The notes below the pieces were generated by a model. The model searched no databases and was not told the origin of the DNA. It saw only the letters and a list, made by a program, of their open reading frames with translations. DNA of 36,020 bases from Actinomycetota bacterium (GTDB lineage: Bacteria > Actinomycetota > Actinomycetes > S36-B12 > UBA5976), in the NCBI GenBank assembly GCA_046051325.1, contig JBJOOK010000005.1, positions 1-36,020 on the forward strand, written 5' to 3'. A program made the translations under genes and the position numbers. Positions 18,281 through 27,784 of the stretch are shown here, piece after piece (the first letter of the stretch is position 1; every line of letters starts with the position of its first letter).

Positions 18281-19606
18281 TTATCTGACATAGGTTCTAG
18301 CATTTTCGCTGAAACCTATGAAAGATTTAGCATCGGTTTTTCCAGGGATCTTTTCCACTTTAATGGTTCCATCAGCATTTACCTGCACGGCCAACAAACC
18401 AACGACTTTATTTGAACCACTCAGGGTGTAACCCTTTTTAGGTTTATTTGGATTGTGCGCAGATCCATCTGAGTTCTTAATCTCAAATTCAACCAACGAA
18501 ATAACTGTGGGAGTTGAAGCAGATGAGGTAATTGTTTTTGGATCAACGTTGCCAACACTCATGAATTGGCATGGGCAGCCTTCCCAATCTCCAATGCTGT
18601 AAATAAATGATTTGTTGTCAACTGCGTCTGGAGCAATCGCTAAATGGGTATCCCAGTAGCCTCGTGCAACTTTGCCATGATTGTCATAGCTTGCTGTTTG
18701 ATCACCCTTGCCTCGATAACCATTTGAATCTTTTTCAAACCAGTTACCTTGAGCTGTTCCTTCTTGGTCCCAATCAATTTTGCCGTCGAATGGCGCTGAG
18801 GTTTTTAGTGATATTGCTTCTAATTTACTTTTCTCTGCTGCTGGAAAATAGTCAAAAGGATTTGCTGTATAGCTTTTCCAGGATTCCGCTTGTGAGTATG
18901 AATCAGGATTTGCAAATACAAGTTTTACATTCTGATCAAATGTTGAAAAATCATATCCTGGAGATACAGAGTCATCTGCAACAGTTTGTCCCGCTTTTAC
19001 CGCAGCACCCATTGCAATACCTTCACCCAATTTTCCAATGTGGATAAATACTGAATAAAGATCGCAAGAATGTTCAATTATGACTCTGTGGTCAGGATAT
19101 GGATAATTGTTTGTTTTTTGGAAATCCTCAAGACCAACAATTTTGCCATCCGCTGGACTTGTAACTAGATATGAACCATCTGCTACTGGTGTTTGAGAGT
19201 TCTCAGGATAGTAAACATAAATGTGATCAATAGGCGTGATGTGAGTAGTGATCATGCCACCCATTGGATAAATATGTGACATTTTTGAAACATCACCAAT
19301 GCCTGCTGTATATTTATTTACTTTTGAGTCGGCATCACATTGGCCGCCAGAAAAAATTTGCGAAATTGTGCCACCACCCATTGGTTTTTCGCCACCTTCT
19401 GGTCTCCAAACTAATTTTCCATCACCCATAACTTGGCAAACTAATTCGTTACCATCTTCGCTTTGTCCACGATCACCTTCTTTTTCACAAAGAAAACCTT
19501 CAGTTACACCACCAGCACTGTTTTGTCCGTCACCACCATTTGGTCCACCACCACAAGCTGTTAGCAATAAAGAGAGAATTGCGATTGGCAAAATTAGTTT
19601 TTTCAC
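18281..19606 (-). CDS. Lipoprotein of unknown function with a degenerate M23/LytM-like central region
   Basis: Lipobox LLLTAC followed by a Gly-rich linker. I prefer GTG 19606 (GAGGAG 7 nt upstream) over the track start at 19645. The central DHRVIIEHSCDLYSVFIHIGKL...VKAGQTV resembles the M23 barrel, but no HxH motif follows. Confidence 0.7.
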   Translation of the reverse strand: MKKLILPIAILSLLLTACGGGPNGGDGQNSAGGVTEGFLCEKEGDRGQSEDGNELVCQVMGDGKLVWRPEGGEKPMGGGTISQIFSGGQCDADSKVNKYTAGIGDVSKMSHIYPMGGMITTHITPIDHIYVYYPENSQTPVADGSYLVTSPADGKIVGLEDFQKTNNYPYPDHRVIIEHSCDLYSVFIHIGKLGEGIAMGAAVKAGQTVADDSVSPGYDFSTFDQNVKLVFANPDSYSQAESWKSYTANPFDYFPAAEKSKLEAISLKTSAPFDGKIDWDQEGTAQGNWFEKDSNGYRGKGDQTASYDNHGKVARGYWDTHLAIAPDAVDNKSFIYSIGDWEGCPCQFMSVGNVDPKTITSSASTPTVISLVEFEIKNSDGSAHNPNKPKKGYTLSGSNKVVGLLAVQVNADGTIKVEKIPGKTDAKSFIGFSENARTYVR

Positions 19607-19848
19607 TGGTGAACTCCTCAGTAGTTGGTGGGGCAATCCTTTCACCTATTTGTGGGGTTTCATATTGTGCAACGATTAATTCTTTCTTAATTAATTGCGA
19701 ATGTTTTCCTCCACCCACGACACACCTTCAAAGCTCAGACACGCCGTGGTGAACTTCTGGTTAAGTTCTCATTAAGGCTTTGACCTGCGAAAACGTCACA
19801 CCTGTAACTCCTGAAACACCTTTAACGCAACTTGCGGTGCCCCGGTGG

Positions 19849-19877
19849 TTGCAAATGTCAGATCAAAGTACTAATGT
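19849..19877 (+). promoter_or_regulatory. Putative sigma-70-type promoter of nrdR-nrdJ
   Basis: TTGCAA (19849-19854), a 17-nt spacer, then TAATGT (19872-19877). Pattern match only. Confidence 0.45.
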
Positions 19878-19878
19878 T

Positions 19879-19894
19879 GCACTACATCTTGTGG
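19879..19894 (+). promoter_or_regulatory. NrdR-box-like operator
   Basis: GCACTACATCTTGTGG. The partial palindrome CAC-A-AT-T-GTG matches the NrdR box pattern (acaCwAnATnTwGtgt). It sits immediately downstream of the putative -10. I found only one box. Confidence 0.55.
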
Positions 19895-19936
19895 TGGAAA
19901 TGGCGGAAACGTCCATTAGTTGGGGTTAAACCCAAG

Positions 19937-20013
19937 TTATCCACAGCAGATGAGCCCAAAAGACGAAGGCTACAAGCCAGTTATCCACAGGGCGAAAACC
20001 AGGGTTATCCACA
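19937..20013 (+). promoter_or_regulatory. Cluster of three perfect, co-oriented DnaA boxes (TTATCCACA)
   Basis: Exact 9-mers at 19937-19945, 19981-19989 and 20005-20013, each preceded by G. They lie between the putative promoter/NrdR box and the nrdR start codon. Confidence 0.7.
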
Positions 20014-20036
20014 CCACCATTGATTGGAGCACGGCA

Positions 20037-20552
20037 TTGTTCTGTCCTTTTTGCCGTCACTCTGATTCAAGAGTGGTTGATTCCAGAGCAACCGATGACG
20101 GTTCAGCAATTAGACGTCGTCGTCAATGCCCTGAATGTGATCGCAGATTTACCACCATCGAAGTTGCAACATTAAGTGTTGTGAAAAGAAGTGGTGTGAT
20201 TGAACCTTTTTCAAGAGCAAAAGTTGTTAATGGTTTAAGAAAAGCTTGCCAAGGAAGACCTGTCACAGATGATGACTTGGCATTGCTGGCACAAAAAGTA
20301 GAAGAAGCAGTACGCGCATCTGGTGCAGCAGCAGTTGATTCACATGAAGTTGGACTAGCAACACTTGCTCCACTTCGTGAATTAGATGAAGTTGCTTATT
20401 TGCGTTTCGCAAGTGTGTATCGCTCATACGAATCTTTAGAAGATTTCGAATCAGAGATTTCACTACTTCGCACAGCTCGAGAACTCGGGGACGTTTCCGT
20501 CGCTATTGCCACTAAGGGTGACAAAAGTGTCGAGGACGGCTCGGAGAAATAA
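20037..20552 (+). CDS. nrdR: Transcriptional repressor NrdR
   Basis: Zinc ribbon CPFCRH...[10 protein letters not shown] plus an ATP-cone. NrdR proteins begin at M-x-CPFC, so I place the start at TTG 20037 (GGAG 7 nt upstream). The track ORF from 19920 would translate through the DnaA boxes. Confidence 0.85.
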   Translation: MFCPFCRHSDSRVVDSRATDDGSAIRRRRQCPECDRRFTTIEVATLSVVKRSGVIEPFSRAKVVNGLRKACQGRPVTDDDLALLAQKVEEAVRASGAAAVDSHEVGLATLAPLRELDEVAYLRFASVYRSYESLEDFESEISLLRTARELGDVSVAIATKGDKSVEDGSEK

Positions 20553-20597
20553 GAGCAGTTAGAAAAATTCAAAACTAAAAAGAAGAAGGTAAAGAAA

Positions 20598-23396
20598 ATG
20601 ACAGACATGATCAGCGGCGGCTTCAAATTAGGTCGCAAGCAAGCACGTGGCATTGGAATGCAACGCGTATTCACTAAAGAAGGCGTTCATCCTTATGACG
20701 ATGTCAAATGGGAACGTCGCGACGTAGTTCAAAACAATTGGAAAACCGGTGAAGTTGTTTTCGAACAAAAAGGTGCAGAATTTCCTGAATTCTGGTCTGT
20801 TAATGCTTCAACCATTGTTACCACTAAATACTTTCGTGGTGCAGTAGGTGCTGATAATCGTGAATGGTCATTAAAACAATTAATTGATCGAGTAGTTCTT
20901 ACTTACACAAAGGCCGGAAAAGTTGGCGGATACTTTGGATCAGATGCTGATGCAAAAGTATTTGAAGAAGAATTAACTTACATGCTGCTACACCAAGTAT
21001 TTTCTTTCAATTCACCAGTTTGGTTCAACGTTGGAACAACTGCACCACAACAAGTAAGCGCATGCTTCATCTTGAGTGTGGAAGATTCCATTGATTCAAT
21101 TCTTAACTGGTACAAAGAAGAAGGCGTAATTTTCAAAGGTGGATCAGGCGCGGGAGTTAACCTTTCACGCATCCGTGGGTCTCTAGAATTACTTTCTTCA
21201 GGTGGAACTGCTTCTGGTCCAGTTTCATTTATGCGCGGTGCTGATGCATCTGCAGGAACAATCAAATCAGGTGGCGCAACTAGACGTGCTGCCAAAATGG
21301 TTGTACTAGATATTGATCATCCAGATGTTGAAGAATTTATCGACACCAAAGCTCGCGAAGAAGACAAAATTAGAGCTTTACGTGACGCTGGTTTTGATAT
21401 GGATCTTGGTGGCAAAGACATCATTTCCGTGCAATACCAAAACGCAAATAACTCAGTAAGAGTTTCTGATGATTTCATGAAAGCTTATGAAAACAATCAA
21501 GACTTTAATTTGACAGCACGTGCAGATGGTCATGCAGTTAAAACTGTGAATGCTCGATCATTATTCAGAAAACTTTCTGAAGCTGCTTGGGGTTGTGCTG
21601 ATCCTGGTATTCAATACGACACCACAATCAATGACTGGCACACCAGTCCAGAAACTGGTCGTATCAATGCATCTAATCCATGTTCTGAATACATGCATCT
21701 TGATAACTCAAGTTGCAACCTTGCATCTTTGAACTTAATGAAGTTCTTAAAAGATGATGACACTTTCGATGCTGACAAGTTCAAGAAAACAGTTGAATTT
21801 GTAATCACCGCTATGGAAATTTCAATCTCATTTGCAGATTTCCCAACACCAGCAATTGGTCAAACCACTAGAGATTTCCGTCAACTAGGAATTGGTTATG
21901 CAAACCTAGGTGCATTGTTAATGGCACTTGGTCTTGCTTATGACTCAGATGCAGGAAGAGCTTTAGCTGGTTCCATTACTTCATTGATGACTGGTACTTC
22001 TTACAAGAGAAGTGCTGAATTATCAGCAATCGTGGGACCTTACGTTGGTTACGCTCGTAACGCTGATGCACACAAACGTGTAATTCGTAAACATGCTGCA
22101 GCAAATGATGCTGTAAAAATTGATAGCGAATTAGATCGTTCAGTTCATCAATTAGCAACACAAGTTTGGCAAGAAGCAATCAAACTAGGCGAAGTTCACG
22201 GTTATAGAAACGCACAAGCAAGTGTGTTAGCTCCAACTGGAACCATTGGTTTGATGATGGATTGCGACACCACAGGAATTGAACCAGATCTTGCATTGGT
22301 TAAATTCAAGAAATTAGTAGGTGGCGGTTCAATGCAAATTGTGAACCAAACAATTCCAAGAGCACTTCGTCGTCTTGGTTACACCGAAGAAACCGTAGAA
22401 GCAATTGTTGAATACATTGCTGAAAATGGAAACATCATTGATGCTCCTGGTCTAAAACCAGAACATTATTCAGTTTTTGATTGCGCAATGGGAGTTCGTT
22501 CCATTAGCCCAATGGGACACGTGAAAATGATGGCAGCTGCACAACCATTCTTATCTGGGGCAATTTCCAAGACCGTAAACATGCCATCAACTGCCACAGT
22601 TGAAGAAGTTGAAGATGTTTACTACCAAGGTTGGAAATATGGTTTGAAAGCTTTGGCAATCTATCGCGATAATTGCAAAGTTGGACAACCTCTAAGTGAT
22701 GCAAGAAGTAAAGAAGAATCTTCTTCAACACCACAAGGAATTAGTTCTCACCCAATTCGTCAACGTCTACCGAAATCACGCGCTGGAATGACAACTTCAT
22801 TCTCAGTTGCAGGTGCTGAAGGTTACATGACAACTTCTGCTTATGCAGATGGTCGTTTAGGTGAAGTATTCCTAAAGATGAGCAAGCAAGGTTCAACTCT
22901 TGCTGGCATCATGGATGCATTCTCAATTGCTGTGTCAATTGGTTTGCAATACGGTGTACCTCTTGATCAATACGTTCAAAAATTCACCAACATGAGATTT
23001 GAACCATCAGGAATGACCGATGATGAAGATGTGCGCATGGCTCAATCTGTAATGGATTACATCTTCAGAAGATTAGCTCTTGATTACTTGCCAGAAGAAC
23101 ACAGAAGTGCACTAGGCATCTTTACTGCAGAAGAAAGAAAGAATGCGGTAAATGAGGCCTACGGTTCTCCTGCAGAAATCGAAGCAGTTGCAACAGATTT
23201 TGTGCCAACTAGCACACTTCCTGTTGTAGAAAAAACAAACAGTGCTGCTCCAGCGAGAAGTTCCATGGAAGTTTTGGAATCTCTAACTGGTTTGAAATCT
23301 GATGCACCACTTTGTATGACTTGTGGTGTGAAAATGAGAATGGCTGGATCATGCTTCGTCTGTGAAGGATGCGGTAACACCAGCGGTTGTTCATAA
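20598..23396 (+). CDS. nrdJ: Adenosylcobalamin-dependent (class II) ribonucleotide reductase
   Basis: 932 aa with NPCSEY, SSCNLASLNL and a C-terminal Cys-rich tail CMTCGVKMRMAGSCFVCEGCGNTSGC typical of actinobacterial NrdJ. It follows nrdR by 45 bp. Confidence 0.9.
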   Translation: MTDMISGGFKLGRKQARGIGMQRVFTKEGVHPYDDVKWERRDVVQNNWKTGEVVFEQKGAEFPEFWSVNASTIVTTKYFRGAVGADNREWSLKQLIDRVVLTYTKAGKVGGYFGSDADAKVFEEELTYMLLHQVFSFNSPVWFNVGTTAPQQVSACFILSVEDSIDSILNWYKEEGVIFKGGSGAGVNLSRIRGSLELLSSGGTASGPVSFMRGADASAGTIKSGGATRRAAKMVVLDIDHPDVEEFIDTKAREEDKIRALRDAGFDMDLGGKDIISVQYQNANNSVRVSDDFMKAYENNQDFNLTARADGHAVKTVNARSLFRKLSEAAWGCADPGIQYDTTINDWHTSPETGRINASNPCSEYMHLDNSSCNLASLNLMKFLKDDDTFDADKFKKTVEFVITAMEISISFADFPTPAIGQTTRDFRQLGIGYANLGALLMALGLAYDSDAGRALAGSITSLMTGTSYKRSAELSAIVGPYVGYARNADAHKRVIRKHAAANDAVKIDSELDRSVHQLATQVWQEAIKLGEVHGYRNAQASVLAPTGTIGLMMDCDTTGIEPDLALVKFKKLVGGGSMQIVNQTIPRALRRLGYTEETVEAIVEYIAENGNIIDAPGLKPEHYSVFDCAMGVRSISPMGHVKMMAAAQPFLSGAISKTVNMPSTATVEEVEDVYYQGWKYGLKALAIYRDNCKVGQPLSDARSKEESSSTPQGISSHPIRQRLPKSRAGMTTSFSVAGAEGYMTTSAYADGRLGEVFLKMSKQGSTLAGIMDAFSIAVSIGLQYGVPLDQYVQKFTNMRFEPSGMTDDEDVRMAQSVMDYIFRRLALDYLPEEHRSALGIFTAEERKNAVNEAYGSPAEIEAVATDFVPTSTLPVVEKTNSAAPARSSMEVLESLTGLKSDAPLCMTCGVKMRMAGSCFVCEGCGNTSGCS

Positions 23397-23416
23397 AACA
23401 AAAAAGCTAAAACAAT

Positions 23417-23449
23417 TAAAGGCTGGGCGCCAAGCGCCCAGCCTTTTAC
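23417..23449 (+). terminator. Intrinsic terminator after nrdJ
   Basis: AAAGGCTGGGCGC-caa-GCGCCCAGCCTTT followed by T. GC-rich 10-bp core flanked by an A-tract and a T-tract. Confidence 0.85.
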
Positions 23450-23470
23450 TTTCTACTAAGTTAGGAATCT

Positions 23471-25099
23471 ATGGGTGCAATCGACGTTAATGGCATTGCA
23501 TACCGACTTCCCACTGGACGACTTTTATTTGATGATGTTTCATTTAAAGTTGGCGAAGGAATAACTGCAGCTTTAATTGGTGATAACGGGGCTGGAAAAT
23601 CAACACTTTTTAAAATCATCACTGGTGTTTTAAATGCCGATGAAGGTTCAACTTCAATTTCTGGTGGCCTTGGTGTTATGCCTCAACTTCTTACAGGGGC
23701 AGCAAAAAAAGTAGAAGAAAATGACACCGCCCTTGCATCCCTGGGACTAAATGCCACAGTTGCAGATGCTTTAAAAGTAGTTTCACCAAAAAGAGTTCAA
23801 GAAGCAATGAAACATGTTGAAGCTTGCGAATTGGCAATGATGGAAGATGAAAGTGAAGATATTCAGATGAAATATGCCCACGCATTAGCAGAATACGCCG
23901 ATGCTGGAGGTTATGACAATGAAATTTTGTGGGACGTTTGTTGCCAAGCAGCAGTTGGTATGGAATATGAAAAATGCAAATTCAGAGAATTAAAAACTCT
24001 TTCTGGGGGACAAGCCAAAAGATTAATTTTGGAAGCACTATTACGAGGCCCTGATCAAGTGTTACTTCTGGATGAACCAGATAACTATTTAGATGTACCA
24101 GCAAAAAACTGGTTAGAGGATCAATTAAAAGAATCTTCTAAAACAATTCTTCTAATAAGCCATGATAGAACTCTTTTAACAAGAGCAGCTGATCGAATTA
24201 TCACTATCGAAGGTGGCACATCTTGGGTGCACGGTAAAGGTTTTGGAACATATTACGAAGCAAGACAAGAACGCCATGAGAGATTAGGTGAGCTTTTAAA
24301 GCGTTGGGAAGATGAACATCAAAGACTAAAAGACTTAGTTCAAACGCTTCATATGCAAACTAAATCTTCTCCTGCCATGGCACCAAAATATCGAGCAATG
24401 CAATCCAGATTGAAACGTTTTGAAGAAGCAGGTGCTCCACAAGCTCCACCTCCTCCACAGAGATTAAAAATGAAACTCAAAGGTGGTCGAACTGCCGTTA
24501 GGGCAATTGTTTGTAAAGATTTGCAATTAACTGATTTAACAAAGCCATTTGATATGGAATTGTTTTATGGCGAACGAGTGGCATTCTTAGGTGGAAACGG
24601 AACTGGCAAATCTCATTTCTTAAGACTTCTTGGAGGAGATGAAACAGTAAGACATGTAGGGGATTGGAAATTAGGATCCAGGGTTGTTCCTGGTTGGTTT
24701 GCTCAAACTCATGATCATCCTGAGTGGAGTAGAAAAACTTTAACTGAAATTTTGTGGGAAGAAAAATCGTTGCAAATTGGAGCAGCAGTTGGCACATTAT
24801 CTAGATATGGACTAGGTGCTCAATCTGATCAATTGTTTTTAACTCTTTCTGGGGGACAGCAAGCTAGATTTCAAATCTGTTTACTTGAATTATCGGGTGC
24901 AACTTTGTTACTTTTAGATGAACCAACAGATAACTTAGACATAACAAGTAGTGAAGCCTTAGAGGCAGCTTTAGATGTTTTTGATGGGACTGTGTTGACG
25001 GTTACTCACGATCGATGGTTTGTGCAGAATTTTGACCGTTTCTTTCTTCTAGACAAAGAGGGTAACGTTAAGGAAGTCCAAGAACCAGTTTGGACGTAG
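23471..25099 (+). CDS. ABC-F family ATPase (two tandem ABC domains, no TM domain)
   Basis: 542 aa with Walker A GDNGAGKST and GGNGTGKSH, signature motifs LSGGQAKR and LSGGQQAR, and an inter-domain charged linker. Confidence 0.9.
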   Translation: MGAIDVNGIAYRLPTGRLLFDDVSFKVGEGITAALIGDNGAGKSTLFKIITGVLNADEGSTSISGGLGVMPQLLTGAAKKVEENDTALASLGLNATVADALKVVSPKRVQEAMKHVEACELAMMEDESEDIQMKYAHALAEYADAGGYDNEILWDVCCQAAVGMEYEKCKFRELKTLSGGQAKRLILEALLRGPDQVLLLDEPDNYLDVPAKNWLEDQLKESSKTILLISHDRTLLTRAADRIITIEGGTSWVHGKGFGTYYEARQERHERLGELLKRWEDEHQRLKDLVQTLHMQTKSSPAMAPKYRAMQSRLKRFEEAGAPQAPPPPQRLKMKLKGGRTAVRAIVCKDLQLTDLTKPFDMELFYGERVAFLGGNGTGKSHFLRLLGGDETVRHVGDWKLGSRVVPGWFAQTHDHPEWSRKTLTEILWEEKSLQIGAAVGTLSRYGLGAQSDQLFLTLSGGQQARFQICLLELSGATLLLLDEPTDNLDITSSEALEAALDVFDGTVLTVTHDRWFVQNFDRFFLLDKEGNVKEVQEPVWT

Positions 25100-25126
25100 A
25101 ATAAAGAGTAAGAAAAGAAGGTAAAA

Positions 25127-26368
25127 ATGTCTAACAATGGCGTTAGTGCACTTGCAGAAGTAAATGCTTATGTATTTAGAGCTGGTGAATTACTTAAACT
25201 TTCCAAAGACTTTATTGAGGCTTTCTCAACATCAGAACGTGAACTAATAATTTCGATTCCTTTAAGAAGAGAATCTGGTGGCATTGATGTTTTAACTGGT
25301 TATCGAATTCAACATTCTTCAGCAAGAGGACCTAGAAAAGGTGGCATTAGATATCACCAATCAGTTGATTTAGATGAAGTAAGAGCACTAGCAAGTCTTA
25401 TGACTTGGAAAACTGCTTTAGTTGATGTGCCATTTGGTGGCGGTAAAGGTGGAGTAACAGTTGATCCCACAACGTTAACTGTCAGAGAAAAAGAAGAAGT
25501 AACAAGACGATGGACCAGAACAATGGTTAACATTCTTGGCCCTCATCGCGATGTCCCAGCTCCTGACATGGGAACAGATGCACAAACCATGGCTTGGATT
25601 ATGGATGAGTATCAAAGAATTAATGGATTTTCTCCAGCTGTTGTAACTGGTAAACCACTTGGATTATTTGGTGCACCTGGTCGAGAAGAAGCAACTGGAC
25701 GAGGCGTTATTGGTGTAGCCCTTGGTGCATTGTTAAAACTGAATAAGAAACCAAGTGAGATAAGAGTTGCCATACAAGGATTTGGAAATGTGGGAGTTTA
25801 TGCAGCTTTAGCTGCTCAAGAAGCTGGTATGAAAGTTGTTGGTTTAGCTGATATTAGTGGTGGAAAAATCAATGATAAAGGTTTTAATATCAAAGAGATA
25901 ATTGGTAAATACAAAAAAGTTTCTGAAATTCCTGATGGCAAAGATGTTTCAGGAGATGAAATTTTAACTATGGATTGTGATTTATTGATCCCAGCTGCAC
26001 TGGGTGGAGTGATAAATGACTCAAATCATGAAAAAGTTCAAGCAAAAATAATCGTGGAAGGCGCTAACCAACCATTAACACTTTCAGCAGATGCTGCACT
26101 ACAAAAGCGAGGCGTTGTGGTAGTTCCCGATATTTTGGCAAATGCTGGTGGTGTGATGGGTTCTTATTTTGAGTGGACTCAAAATATTCAAGAATTTAGA
26201 TGGCCCATTGAAAGATTTAGAGATGAATTAGATACCAGAATGAAAATTGCGTTTGATTCAACTTGGGAAGCATCCCTTAAATATGGCTGTGATTTAAGAA
26301 CAGCAGCATTTGTGGTCTCAGTTGAAAGAGTTGCCACAGCTTTCAAGCTTCGTGGAGATTTGCTCTAG
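25127..26368 (+). CDS. Glutamate dehydrogenase (Glu/Leu/Phe/Val dehydrogenase family)
   Basis: 413 aa with VPFGGGKGGV (catalytic Lys loop) and a GFGNVG Rossmann motif. AAGAAGG SD upstream. Confidence 0.9.
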   Translation: MSNNGVSALAEVNAYVFRAGELLKLSKDFIEAFSTSERELIISIPLRRESGGIDVLTGYRIQHSSARGPRKGGIRYHQSVDLDEVRALASLMTWKTALVDVPFGGGKGGVTVDPTTLTVREKEEVTRRWTRTMVNILGPHRDVPAPDMGTDAQTMAWIMDEYQRINGFSPAVVTGKPLGLFGAPGREEATGRGVIGVALGALLKLNKKPSEIRVAIQGFGNVGVYAALAAQEAGMKVVGLADISGGKINDKGFNIKEIIGKYKKVSEIPDGKDVSGDEILTMDCDLLIPAALGGVINDSNHEKVQAKIIVEGANQPLTLSADAALQKRGVVVVPDILANAGGVMGSYFEWTQNIQEFRWPIERFRDELDTRMKIAFDSTWEASLKYGCDLRTAAFVVSVERVATAFKLRGDLL

Positions 26369-26429
26369 AAATACCCAAAAGTTAGTTGAATCATTCTTGA
26401 AAACAGTTACAAAATCTCAAAGAAAAAGT

Positions 26430-27754
26430 TTAAAGCGTAGCTAAAATAAGATCAATATCTTCTATTTTGGTCCATGGGTTAACTATGGCAAATCTTAGAA
26501 TCGATCTGCCTTTATGAGATGAAGGTGGAATAAAACCGATTTGGTCAGCAAGAAGTTTTTCACTCCAAGTTAGGTAATCCCGTTTTTCCCAACCGACTCT
26601 TTCAAAGGCCACAATTGATAATTCGGGTTCACAAACTAATTTTAAATTTGGATGATTTCTAATTCTTTCAGCAGCAGCAATCGCCACAGTCATTGTTTGC
26701 TCCATCGCTTCAGCGTAAGCGTTTGTGCCATGAGCAGCTATCTAGTTCTTCTAGTTAGGTTAATTGCATAGTCAGATGGGCTCCAAGAATCATCGCGCAA
26801 TGTGTCTAAATAAGAAGCATGTTGAGTGTGAACTTCTTTAGCAAGTTTTGGATTTCGATAAATCAATGCACAAGCATCAAAGGGTGCAAACAACCATTTG
26901 TGGGGATCAACAATAAGTGAATCAGCTAATTCAACTCCGTTGAACTTATTTCTTACAGAGGGTGCACAAAGGGCAGCTAAACCGTATGCTCCATCAACGT
27001 GATACCAAATGTCATTTTTCTTTGCCACATTTCCAATGCTTAAAAGCTCATCAATTATTCCTAGATTTGTTGTGCCAGCTGTAGCAACAATGACAAAAAC
27101 TCTTTTTGTTTTATCCTTGTGAAATTCTGTTAGGGCTTTTTCAACTAAATCTCCAGTAAGACATTCATTTTCATTTGGCTTAATCTTTAATAACTCAACA
27201 TCCATTACTTTGGCAGCAGCAGCAAGAGAAGAATGAGATTCTTCGCTGCAGGCAATTGCCCATTTCGTTATACTTTTATGTTTCTTTCGTGCTTCTTCTC
27301 GTGCCACAACTAATGCAGAAAGATTTCCTATAGTTCCACCTTGCACAAAGACTCCACCTGCAGATTCTGGTAATCCTGCTAAATCAGAAATCCAACGCAA
27401 AGCTTGGTTTTCTGCAAATACTGCACCAGATCCTTCTTGCCAAGATCCGCCATATAGAGCACTGGCACCAACTACTAAATCAAAAAGGTTTGCATATTCA
27501 CTTGGGGCGGATGGAATAAAAGCTAGGTTTCTTGGATGATCTGTTGAGATGCAAGCTTTGGCTAAAACTTCAGTAAATACTTCTAAGGCTTTGTGTCCAC
27601 CTAAACCTTTTTTGGTAATGGTGTTGCCAACTTCTCTAAATAAATCATCTGCAGTTCTGGGTCCGTCTAATGGTGGATCACTTTTTAATCTTTGAAGTGA
27701 ATATGCCAAAACCTCATTGGCTAGGGCTTCTACTTCAGGAGTGAATTGATGCAT
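26430..27754 (-). pseudogene. Group II pyridoxal-dependent decarboxylase, split by a short internal deletion/frameshift
   Basis: The 338-aa ORF contains the PLP-Lys motif VDPHKWLF and ends ...AINLTRRTR*. The next frame continues AAHGTNAYAEAMEQT... into the 91-aa C-terminal ORF. The conserved block expected after the RR (G-L-x-L-W-x-S-L type) is absent and the frame shifts by 2 nt. Confidence 0.75.
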
Positions 27755-27784
27755 GCAGATGAGTCTGCCATGTTAAAAGAATAA

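Noticed and set aside
19855-19929. 24-codon ORF ([24 protein letters not shown]) in the nrdR upstream region
   Set aside because: It overlaps the putative promoter spacer, -10 and NrdR box, and its only SD-like sequence is weak (GGTGG). The promoter/operator reading explains the sequence better, and I cannot assess conservation.
19937-20013. Could the DnaA-box cluster be the chromosomal origin (oriC)?
   Set aside because: There are only three boxes, no adjacent dnaA/dnaN and no obvious AT-rich unwinding repeats, and the cluster sits inside a gene leader. Actinobacterial oriC normally lies between dnaA and dnaN with many boxes. I treat it as a regulatory or titration site.
19920-20036. N-terminal extension of nrdR on the ORF track (start 19920), and the overlapping ORF 19832-20023
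   Set aside because: NrdR proteins begin directly at the CPFC zinc ribbon, and a TTG with a GGAG SD is present at 20037. The extension would be translated across the DnaA boxes and has no protein-like character.
20553-20597. Looked for a cobalamin riboswitch or a second NrdR box directly upstream of nrdJ
   Set aside because: The gap is only 45 bp with an SD and no conserved elements, so nrdJ is most simply co-transcribed with nrdR. B12 riboswitches usually control B12-independent isozymes, not NrdJ.
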